DNA of 64,000 nucleotides from Candidatus Gastranaerophilales bacterium (GTDB lineage Bacteria; Cyanobacteriota; Vampirovibrionia; Gastranaerophilales; Gastranaerophilaceae): NCBI GenBank assembly GCA_944322975.1, contig CALUQS010000038.1, positions 190 to 64,189 of the forward strand, read 5' to 3'. Shown piece by piece: positions 46,348 to 53,858 of this stretch (position 1 is its first letter; each line of letters starts with the position of its first letter). The notes under the pieces were generated by a model. It saw only the letters and a program-made list of their open reading frames with translations, ran no database searches and was not told where the DNA came from. The position numbers and the translations under genes were made by a program.

Positions 46348-46374
46348 TTATCGGTATATTTTCGTTTTTCTTTA
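46348..46374 (-). promoter_or_regulatory. Sigma-28 (FliA/SigD)-type promoter candidate
   Basis: The minus strand reads TAAA-gaaaaacgaaaatat-ACCGATAA. Exact 15-nt spacer and 7/8 match to the GCCGATAA -10 consensus. Confidence 0.45.
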
Positions 46375-46499
46375 GCAAATTTGAGTGATTAACGAATAAA
46401 TTGTAATAAAAATTTACAATTCTTTTGGGTATAACAAAGTATACCAGCAAATTTTTCACTGATTTGAGAGAATTTTTAGACATCATATCCCTTATATAA

Positions 46500-47327
46500 T
46501 TACATATTTTGAACTTGTTTGCTGTTGCCTTCAATATCGTCTTTAAGCATTTTCTTGACGATATCGCCCTGCGTGTCGAGCATTTTTACTACAGTTTCAA
46601 TGTTTCTTACTTTGTTTGAAAGGATTGTATCGGCGTTTGACAAGATACTGCCGGATATGTTTTGATAAGCAGCCAGTCCGGCGGATGATGTACCCTGAAG
46701 CAAGTTGCCTAAAACAGTTGCACCAAGACCAAAACTGCCCATATACGGAGCCATTGCCTGAACCACACCGGCAAAGCCTGAAACAATACCTGCTGCTGGC
46801 AATACCCACGTTGTCCCCGGTACTCCAAAACCTGAAGCAACACCTGCGCCGTATGCTGCGGCATTAAGTCCTACTGACCCGCCGATGCTGCTTGCAGAAT
46901 ACAAGCTTGAAGCACCGCCTGTAATTGTTCCGTCAGTGTAGCTTGTGTCCATTCCAAAGCCCCAGGCTATCGGCGCTGCTCCGCTTGGAAAACCCGGATA
47001 GTTGCCTAAATCCGTAATACCAAAAGAAGCACTGCCGCTGTCAAGTATTGAGTTACCGCCGCTTATAGGCGACCAGTATGAAGTACCTGGGATATTCATT
47101 GAAGTGTTTCCGCCCATAATCGGCATAAAGGCGCTTGGCGAAATTAATCTTGCAATTTGCCACAGAAAACTCCCTGCAGTACCGAAACCGCCGCCGTCAA
47201 GAGCCGAACCGCTGACAGTCAGGTCTCTTAATCTGTCATATGTTTCGAATAATTCTGCCTTAGCATCTGAGCTTGCTTTACCAAATTTATTCGCTATTAC
47301 AAGATATCCGTCATTTTTATAAGACAT
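46500..47327 (-). CDS. Gly/Ser/Ala-rich protein with a family-like C-terminal tail
   Basis: ~275 aa starting at MSYKNDG (GAGGG SD). Long G/S/A/T-rich low-complexity core. The C-terminus NIETVVKMLDTQGDIVKKMLKDDIE resembles LDTEQ..VKKVIDKNIE of its neighbours. No signal peptide. Confidence 0.6.
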   Translation of the reverse strand: MSYKNDGYLVIANKFGKASSDAKAELFETYDRLRDLTVSGSALDGGGFGTAGSFLWQIARLISPSAFMPIMGGNTSMNIPGTSYWSPISGGNSILDSGSASFGITDLGNYPGFPSGAAPIAWGFGMDTSYTDGTITGGASSLYSASSIGGSVGLNAAAYGAGVASGFGVPGTTWVLPAAGIVSGFAGVVQAMAPYMGSFGLGATVLGNLLQGTSSAGLAAYQNISGSILSNADTILSNKVRNIETVVKMLDTQGDIVKKMLKDDIEGNSKQVQNM

Positions 47328-47356
47328 ATTGCCCTCACATTTTTCTATCAAATTAA

Positions 47357-48334
47357 TTATTGAAATGTCTTAAATACATTATCAACGTTAGAATCAATAA
47401 CTTTTTTAACTGATTCAAGCTCTGTTTGCAGTGCCTCTTGTTCGGTGTCAAGTTGTTTTAGTCTTAACTCAAGAGTTCTGTCGGTTTCTTGAAGTTCTTC
47501 TGTTTTTGCGTTAATATCAGCCACTTCTTTTTCGTAATTTGCTTTATCAACGTTATACTGCTCCATAGCGTCATTATATGCCTGTTCGTCATACTCTTGT
47601 GCTACAGAAAGGTCATAGTTATACTGGTTGCCTTCTTCATCTGTCCAGCCTATTGAATTATAAAGGCCTGATGAGGAGGTGCCGACAGTCGCATTGTTAA
47701 TAGTTTTAGTTTTCTCCTGCTCTACTGTCATAACACTCAGCAAATCTACATTCTGGCTGCCTGTCACAGTAGGATCAAAACCTGTTTTGGTTGCATTTAT
47801 ATAGTAGGTTGAACCGTTTGTTGAATTCGTAAACATGTAATACTGATCTGATGATTCATTTTTATAGGTCAAATTCGGATTATTGTTAAATTCATCAAGC
47901 ATGTATTGCGGCAAATCAGTTATGCTGTTTGAAAGGTCATAATTGTTACCGTTGCTCAAATATATTTTATTGCCGCTCGCTGAACTGTTTACAAAAACAT
48001 CTTGATTTGTTGACACATTATATTGCGGAACATCTTCTTTGTATTTTGTAATAACAGTATATGTTTGCGGGTCAGTACCTTCATTTGGAGTAATTGAAGA
48101 AACTGTTACCTTGCCATCCGCTGTTGATGCGTCACTGTATTGATATACATCAGTGTAATAATCTGATTGAGTCGGCGGGGTAGGTGAATCCAGAGATAAA
48201 AGTCTTCTAAACAAGCCAGCACTTTCATTTGCCAGTGCTGTTCTTTGTTGATTGACCTGCTGCCCTTCATATTCTACATTAATTTTTCTTGCTGTAATAC
48301 CTAAGTATCTTGCCTGAGATGCTGCCATGCCCAT
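47357..48334 (-). CDS. Large (325 aa) member of the MGMA-head / coiled-coil-tail family
   Basis: Head MGMAASQARYLGITARKINVEYEGQQVNQQRTALANESAG. T/S/N/Y/D-rich central ~200 aa. Tail TLELRLKQLDTEQEALQTELESVKKVIDSNVDNVFKTFQ. GGAG SD. Confidence 0.75.
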   Translation of the reverse strand: MGMAASQARYLGITARKINVEYEGQQVNQQRTALANESAGLFRRLLSLDSPTPPTQSDYYTDVYQYSDASTADGKVTVSSITPNEGTDPQTYTVITKYKEDVPQYNVSTNQDVFVNSSASGNKIYLSNGNNYDLSNSITDLPQYMLDEFNNNPNLTYKNESSDQYYMFTNSTNGSTYYINATKTGFDPTVTGSQNVDLLSVMTVEQEKTKTINNATVGTSSSGLYNSIGWTDEEGNQYNYDLSVAQEYDEQAYNDAMEQYNVDKANYEKEVADINAKTEELQETDRTLELRLKQLDTEQEALQTELESVKKVIDSNVDNVFKTFQ

Positions 48335-48502
48335 AGTTGTTTGCTCCGTTTCTTACTTACTAACCATTAAAATTTAATTATCTTTCTCGATTTGTCACAA
48401 TTAAGGCATTCTATATTAAGTTTTATTACCTTAATTATAATTGTTTGTATAACAATTTTTAAAGTCTCTTAAAAGAAAAATCCTCTGTTTGATGTACTCG
48501 CA

Positions 48503-48552
48503 ATTTAAATAAAGACCGGCTTTTTAACTTCAAGCAGACTTTAAAAAGCCGG
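48503..48552 (-). terminator. Terminator-like hairpin downstream of 48568..49587
   Basis: 12-bp stem CCGGCTTTTTAA/TTAAAAAGCCGG with a 13-nt loop, followed by T-rich sequence on the minus strand. Confidence 0.55.
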
Positions 48553-48567
48553 TTTGAAATTGGAGTA

Positions 48568-49587
48568 TTATGCAAATGTTTTGAATGTTTCTTCTATGTT
48601 TTTATCAATTACTTTTTTAACTGCGTCCATTTCTGTCTGAATTGCCTGTTGTTCTGTGTCTAATTGATCGAGGTGTAATTCAAGGGTTTTATCCTGTTGC
48701 TGAATTACTTCTGTTTGTGCGTTGATTTCATTTATTGTTTTGTCATAAATTGCTTTTTCGGCATTATATGTTTCCATTGCTGCGTCATAAGCTTCATCAT
48801 CCTGTGTGGTCTGCTGAGTGAGAGTACAAGTAACAACATCACCATTTTCATTGGTAAAGGTTACTGACTCATATCTGCCAGTGCCGTCACCTGCGGATGA
48901 TAAAATTGCATCATTGTATGTTTTGTATTCGGATTTTGCAGTACTTTCTGCTGAATACATAACAAGTGTGCCGCTATAATTCATTAAATCATCTAATGTT
49001 TGAACCTCGGCTGTTGTCGGTATATAGTACTCAACACTGCCGTCAGTGAATTTAAAGTATGTTGTTGTGTCACTGATTTGGCTGTCAGTAATTCCGGCTT
49101 TTTCGTCAGCTTCTTGAAATTTAGAGGTTAAAGCAGTATAAGCCTGCGGTTCAATAAGTGTATGTGTGCTGTTATGACCGATTTGTATCGTGTATTTGTC
49201 ATCTTCGCCTCTGGATATAGTAAATCTGTTTGAACTATTACCCGTGCTTATTATCTCTGCTCTGTTTGAGAGAACATCGGTAGTAGATTTGTATGTTGAA
49301 ATTGTATAATGATAGTCTCCGTTTTCATCCGGTGTTGGATTTTTATATATGCTGTCGATAGTGTATTTCTGGCTTGTAGAATTGTCAGTAAATACATACT
49401 CTGTTCTGGTATAGTCATTAGCAGAAGGAGGAGTTGGCACATTAAGCGACAACATCTGGTTAAATAAACCGGCGCTTTGATTTGCCAGAGCCGTTCTCTC
49501 CTGGTTTACTTGTTGACCTTCATATTCAACGTTTGTTTTTCTTGCTGTTAAGCCGAGGTATCTGGCTTGTGATGCTGCCATTCCCAT
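48568..49587 (-). CDS. Large (339 aa) member of the MGMA-head / coiled-coil-tail family
   Basis: Head MGMAASQARYLGLTARKTNVEYEGQQVNQERTALANQSAG. Divergent T/S/N/Y/D-rich core. Tail TLELHLDQLDTEQQAIQTEMDAVKKVIDKNIEETFKTFA. AAGGAG SD. Confidence 0.75.
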   Translation of the reverse strand: MGMAASQARYLGLTARKTNVEYEGQQVNQERTALANQSAGLFNQMLSLNVPTPPSANDYTRTEYVFTDNSTSQKYTIDSIYKNPTPDENGDYHYTISTYKSTTDVLSNRAEIISTGNSSNRFTISRGEDDKYTIQIGHNSTHTLIEPQAYTALTSKFQEADEKAGITDSQISDTTTYFKFTDGSVEYYIPTTAEVQTLDDLMNYSGTLVMYSAESTAKSEYKTYNDAILSSAGDGTGRYESVTFTNENGDVVTCTLTQQTTQDDEAYDAAMETYNAEKAIYDKTINEINAQTEVIQQQDKTLELHLDQLDTEQQAIQTEMDAVKKVIDKNIEETFKTFA

Positions 49588-49631
49588 TGCTAATACTCCT
49601 TATAGTTTTTTAATTTGCATATCTACTTATA

Positions 49632-49658
49632 TAGTCGGCATATTTTTTAAAAACTTTA
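49632..49658 (-). promoter_or_regulatory. Sigma-28 (FliA/SigD)-type promoter candidate
   Basis: The minus strand reads TAAA-gtttttaaaaaatat-GCCGACTA. Exact 15-nt spacer and 6/8 match to GCCGATAA. The -10 element lies ~45 nt upstream of the ATG at 49587. Confidence 0.45.
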
Positions 49659-49763
49659 GGATTTTATGTGTAATTGTAACAAAACTGTTACAATTGGTTT
49701 AAAAACACACTATCCATAAGCCTTTTTGAATTTAATAATTTAAAACAAAAAGTCAATTTTTCA

Positions 49764-49796
49764 TAAAAAAAGACCGGAATTTTGATTTCCGGTCTT
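49764..49796 (-). terminator. Rho-independent terminator downstream of ilvC
   Basis: AAGACCGGAA-N7-TTCCGGTCTT stem followed by a T-run on the minus strand. Confidence 0.75.
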
Positions 49797-49820
49797 AATA
49801 TTTTAGTATCCAATGTGTTA

Positions 49821-50849
49821 CTAATTTTTATCTCTGTTTATGATTTTATCATTGTCTTTCCAGGCAAATTTTGAGCGGAGTTCTTTACCGACTTTTTCTA
49901 TCAGGTGGTCTTCGCCGGCTTTTTCTAGTTCGCGGAATTTTTTCATACCGGAATTGTATTCATCAATCCATTCTTTAGCAAATTTGCCTTCTTGAATTTC
50001 TTTCAACACTTTTTTCATTTCTTCTTTAACAGCAGGTGTTATAATTCTTGGTCCTATTGTTAAATCACCCCACTCTGCAGTATTAGAAATTGAGTATCTC
50101 ATATCTGAAATACCGCCTTGATTTACAAGGTCAACAATTAATTTCATTTCGTGCAAGCATTCAAAATATGCCATATATGGTGAATAACCTGCTTCAACAA
50201 GAACTTCAAAACCTGCGGTAATCAAAGCTGACAAACCTCCGCAAAGTACAGCCTGTTCTCCGAAGAGGTCTGTTTCTGTTTCTTCTTTAAAAGAGGTTTC
50301 ATAAATACCGGCTCTGCCTGCGCCGATAGCTGATGCATAAGCAAGTGCAACCTCTTTTGAATCACCGGCAGGGTCTTGATATACTGCTATTAATGAAGGA
50401 ACGCCTTTGCCGGCCTGATATTCACTTCTGACTGTATGTCCCGGACCTTTTGGTGCAACCATTAACACGTTGATATCAGAAGGCGGAACAATTCTTTTAA
50501 AGTGAATATTAAAACCGTGTGCGAACATCAGGTATTGTCCGGGGCGCATATTGGGTTTTATTTGCTCTTCATAAACCTTTGCCTGAACTTCATCAGGAAT
50601 AAGGATTTGAATCAAATCAGCCCATTTAACGGCGTCTTCAATACTCATAACTTTTAAACCTTCAGCCTGTGCTTTTTTTGCAGAAGCACCGCCGAGTCTT
50701 GCACCGATAACAACATCTACGCCGCTGTCTTTTAGGTTGGTTGACTGCCCGTAGCCTTGTGAGCCATAACCTATAACGGCAACTTTTTTATTCAGGATTT
50801 TGCTTTTGTCTATATCAGCATCCATGTAAACTTTCAATTCGTGAGCCAT
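49821..50849 (-). CDS. ilvC: Ketol-acid reductoisomerase (class I)
   Basis: 342 aa. [21 protein letters not shown] Rossmann region and the conserved [14 protein letters not shown] and [14 protein letters not shown] blocks. Confidence 0.95.
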   Translation of the reverse strand: MAHELKVYMDADIDKSKILNKKVAVIGYGSQGYGQSTNLKDSGVDVVIGARLGGASAKKAQAEGLKVMSIEDAVKWADLIQILIPDEVQAKVYEEQIKPNMRPGQYLMFAHGFNIHFKRIVPPSDINVLMVAPKGPGHTVRSEYQAGKGVPSLIAVYQDPAGDSKEVALAYASAIGAGRAGIYETSFKEETETDLFGEQAVLCGGLSALITAGFEVLVEAGYSPYMAYFECLHEMKLIVDLVNQGGISDMRYSISNTAEWGDLTIGPRIITPAVKEEMKKVLKEIQEGKFAKEWIDEYNSGMKKFRELEKAGEDHLIEKVGKELRSKFAWKDNDKIINRDKN

Positions 50850-51397
50850 TCTAATCTCCTTTTAAAGTAATACTGTTTCTTCTTCAATTTATTCTAGCAC
50901 ATCAATTATTTTATATAACCAAATATTGAGATTTATTTATTAAAAAATTTTCATAAAAACGGATGAAAACAGTAGACAAAATATTATTTTTATGTATTAC
51001 TATATAGTGTAGTATTAACATTTTTTATCGAAACAAAGATGAGAATCAGAAAATACCAAAAGCGACAGTTTTATACAAACTAGAAGTCTTCGCAATATTT
51101 TGAAAAGATTGCGGTATTACCGCATGAGCATAGAGCAGAATTTGTGGAGTCTTCTGATAAATTCGGAAGGCTTTTTTGTCTGTTAAAATCTCAAATTTGT
51201 TACAATATATAAAAAACAGTTGTACATATAGCACAAATAAACTTTTACAAGTATTAAAAAAATATCTAAGGAGAAAATATAAATGTTTAATAATCGACGA
51301 TATACACAATCAAGGGCAAATGCTCAAATTGTATTAGTTATGAACTTGGTATGGGGTCTATAGTACGCTATACCCCCGGTGTATAAAGGAAATTTAA

Positions 51398-52837
51398 ATG
51401 TTAATTAATAAAATTACTTCAACTTTTGGCGATCACTCAAATTTACTCCCCTTATTTACTAAGGACGTCGTTAACAGCACAGGGATGACAGCTTTTTCGT
51501 ACGACGCAGGCGGGAAAATAGAAGCAAAAGACAGATTTATTGATGAATTTGGCACTCAGGCAATATGGATGGGCGGGCTCCCTTTTTTCAAGTGGGCTTT
51601 TGATAATTCTGTTTACAAATTGGCAAAATTAAATCCTGATGTTGATGTCAGACTCTTAAAAGATAAAGAACAGTTAAGTGTTGCTCAAAATTATGCAAAA
51701 ACACTTACCGATAAAAATATTTCTAAAACACTTGATAATGTTGTAAAAAATTCCAAAAAGGCTCAATGCTTATTCCTCGGCAAATTTGCCGCTGCTACGG
51801 CATTAACTCTTGCCTCCTTCTTTACACTTGTTAAAGTCAAACAACATTACACTAAAAAAGAGATAGAAAAACAGTTCTGGGCTAAAAAATCAGAGCAACA
51901 CTTCTATAATCACAATGTTGCACAAAGCCCTGCATTTAAAGCCTTTAGACAGGACAACGGGCAACTTCAAAATCAAAACAAAAACCTATCGTTTAAAGGT
52001 TTAGGTTCTGCTCTTGGCGGATTTATGTTTGATCCGGTTAAGAACTTGTTTATAGTTGACGCAGGTATTACCGGTGAAAGACTTATCGCATCCAGAACTA
52101 AAACCGAATTTGCTGAAACAGCCATTAAAGAAGGCAGCCTGTTATTTTTCCTGTATGTTGCAGGAAGATATGTACAGCAGGGTATTGAAAAAATCAGTGA
52201 AAAATTCGGAAAACCGATTGAACTTCACGCTGAAGTACTTTCTTCAGGTTATATGAAAGACGCTATTTCTACCGGTAAAGCTGCTGAAGATGTAAAAACA
52301 GTTAAACATTTGACTGATGCGGTTAAAACGGCTAAAGAAAATCTCAAGACCAATAATACTGATGCTAACAAAGCTGCATTAAGCAATGCTAAAAAAGCGT
52401 TATATGAATTCATTTATGACGCAAAAAATCAGGATAATACGGTTATTAAAGCAGCTAAGCACTCAGGTGCAATCAAAACAATTGTCAATGGCAGCTGGGT
52501 TGAAAAACTGACAGGCAAGGCTGTTAATACACACAAAATTGATCCTTATCAATTTATCAGCACCTCCGGCATTGATGATTGCGCTAACAACATTGACAAA
52601 CTCTACAAGCAAGCAATTAAACATACTGATATTGAAAACTTCCTTAAAAAATGCAGAAATATGAAGATTGGTTCAGTTGCTGCAAATATGGGTATTACCT
52701 GCCTGTTCTTAGGTTTAATTGTTCCTTATTCAATGATGAAATACAGACAGAACCATCAGAACGGCAAAAAAGAATTCCATGTTCAATCAGAAATTGAAAA
52801 ACAGTTGGAACAAAGCTTTAAAGGAAGAATTGCATAA
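51398..52837 (+). CDS. Lineage-specific Lys-rich membrane-associated protein
   Basis: 479 aa. Hydrophobic segments (LGKFAAATALTLASFFTLV; IGSVAANMGITCLFLGLIVPY) and K/A-rich helical stretches. No recognisable domain. Confidence 0.55.
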   Translation: MLINKITSTFGDHSNLLPLFTKDVVNSTGMTAFSYDAGGKIEAKDRFIDEFGTQAIWMGGLPFFKWAFDNSVYKLAKLNPDVDVRLLKDKEQLSVAQNYAKTLTDKNISKTLDNVVKNSKKAQCLFLGKFAAATALTLASFFTLVKVKQHYTKKEIEKQFWAKKSEQHFYNHNVAQSPAFKAFRQDNGQLQNQNKNLSFKGLGSALGGFMFDPVKNLFIVDAGITGERLIASRTKTEFAETAIKEGSLLFFLYVAGRYVQQGIEKISEKFGKPIELHAEVLSSGYMKDAISTGKAAEDVKTVKHLTDAVKTAKENLKTNNTDANKAALSNAKKALYEFIYDAKNQDNTVIKAAKHSGAIKTIVNGSWVEKLTGKAVNTHKIDPYQFISTSGIDDCANNIDKLYKQAIKHTDIENFLKKCRNMKIGSVAANMGITCLFLGLIVPYSMMKYRQNHQNGKKEFHVQSEIEKQLEQSFKGRIA

Positions 52838-52877
52838 TAAATATGCATAATACTAAGCAGGCAAACAGCCGGTTAAA

Positions 52878-53858
52878 CTATTTGACGGGTCTGTATGCCT
52901 GCGGGTAGTAGTAATCCTCTTTGAACCCCATTCTTCTGTACATTTTTAGTGCGGGATAGTTGTCGGTTTCCGTACTTGCATTGACTTCCGAGAGGTGGTT
53001 AAGGTGTTTAGATATCAATTTTGACAGAGATGTGTATAACATTGCCTCGCCGAGACCTTTTCCGCAGTGTTCCTTCTTCATACCAACAAGAGGGATGTTT
53101 GCTATTCTTCCGGCTGTAATATTGCTAAAACAGATGCCGACAGGCTTTTTGTTATGCAATAAGACACAGGAGCATTCGGGTAAAAAACGTCCGTATATTC
53201 CGCCGGTTATTTTATTGACAATGTCTTTGCACCCTTCACGAGTAGAAAATCTCGGGTCAAATAATGCGTCAGAAGTGTTTGCAAAGGCAGTGTTTACTAC
53301 ATTATAAACATCTTCTTTATACTTAGAATCCCACGAAACTATTTTATACCCTTCCGGCAACGAAATTTGCTTATAAGCTCTGAAAATCTCCAATGATGCT
53401 ATGTTAGAGAAGTTTAATCTTTCCACAGCCAACCCTACGAGTTTGAAGCCGTAATTGGTGATTTCCGGTGTAAACTCATCTTGTGAACCCAGCATAGGAT
53501 ATGTTATTACTTTTTCTTTAATTATATCCCTGTTAATTTCCATAAATTTGTCCATTAACAGGCGTCTTTTTGTATTAAGGTTTTCATTACCAAGACAATG
53601 TATGATGTTTAGCTCCAGAGCCTCGCTGATTTCGGTTGTGTAAACAAGAAATGCAGTCGGAATTTGCTCTTCGAACAGAATTAAGCATTTAATTAAACCT
53701 GCATTGAGGCTGGAACAAAATTCCTCATACTCAAGAGGTTCAAGTTCAAACTTGTATAGAGAAAAAGCTTTGCTTTTAAAATCGTTGTAAACGCCTTTAA
53801 AAATGTTTTTGTACTCGTCTTTATATTCCTGTACATTATAAGCTAATGTTTCCGTCAT
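52878..53858 (-). CDS. GNAT-family N-acetyltransferase (two-lobed)
   Basis: 326 aa. The C-terminal lobe has the acetyl-CoA motif HCGKGLGEAML and MYRRMGF. Confidence 0.65.
   Translation of the reverse strand: MTETLAYNVQEYKDEYKNIFKGVYNDFKSKAFSLYKFELEPLEYEEFCSSLNAGLIKCLILFEEQIPTAFLVYTTEISEALELNIIHCLGNENLNTKRRLLMDKFMEINRDIIKEKVITYPMLGSQDEFTPEITNYGFKLVGLAVERLNFSNIASLEIFRAYKQISLPEGYKIVSWDSKYKEDVYNVVNTAFANTSDALFDPRFSTREGCKDIVNKITGGIYGRFLPECSCVLLHNKKPVGICFSNITAGRIANIPLVGMKKEHCGKGLGEAMLYTSLSKLISKHLNHLSEVNASTETDNYPALKMYRRMGFKEDYYYPQAYRPVK

Noticed and set aside
46274-46534. 86-aa minus-strand ORF in the gap between the Gly-rich gene and the 90-aa gene.
   Set aside because: It overlaps the 3' end of the Gly-rich CDS and has no SD. 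It covers the sigma-28-like promoter, the palindrome and the leader hairpin, so a regulatory role for this DNA is more plausible.
48335-48567. Sigma-28-type promoter upstream of 47357..48334 (TAAA-N14-GCCTTAAT on the minus strand).
   Set aside because: The spacer is off by one and the conserved CGA core of the -10 element is missing. This is too weak to report, so the gene may use another promoter or read-through.
51046-51309. 87-aa minus-strand ORF in the ilvC upstream gap.
   Set aside because: TTG start without an SD and an implausible, Phe/Leu/Tyr/Ile-rich sequence. It overlaps the better-supported plus-strand mini-ORF.
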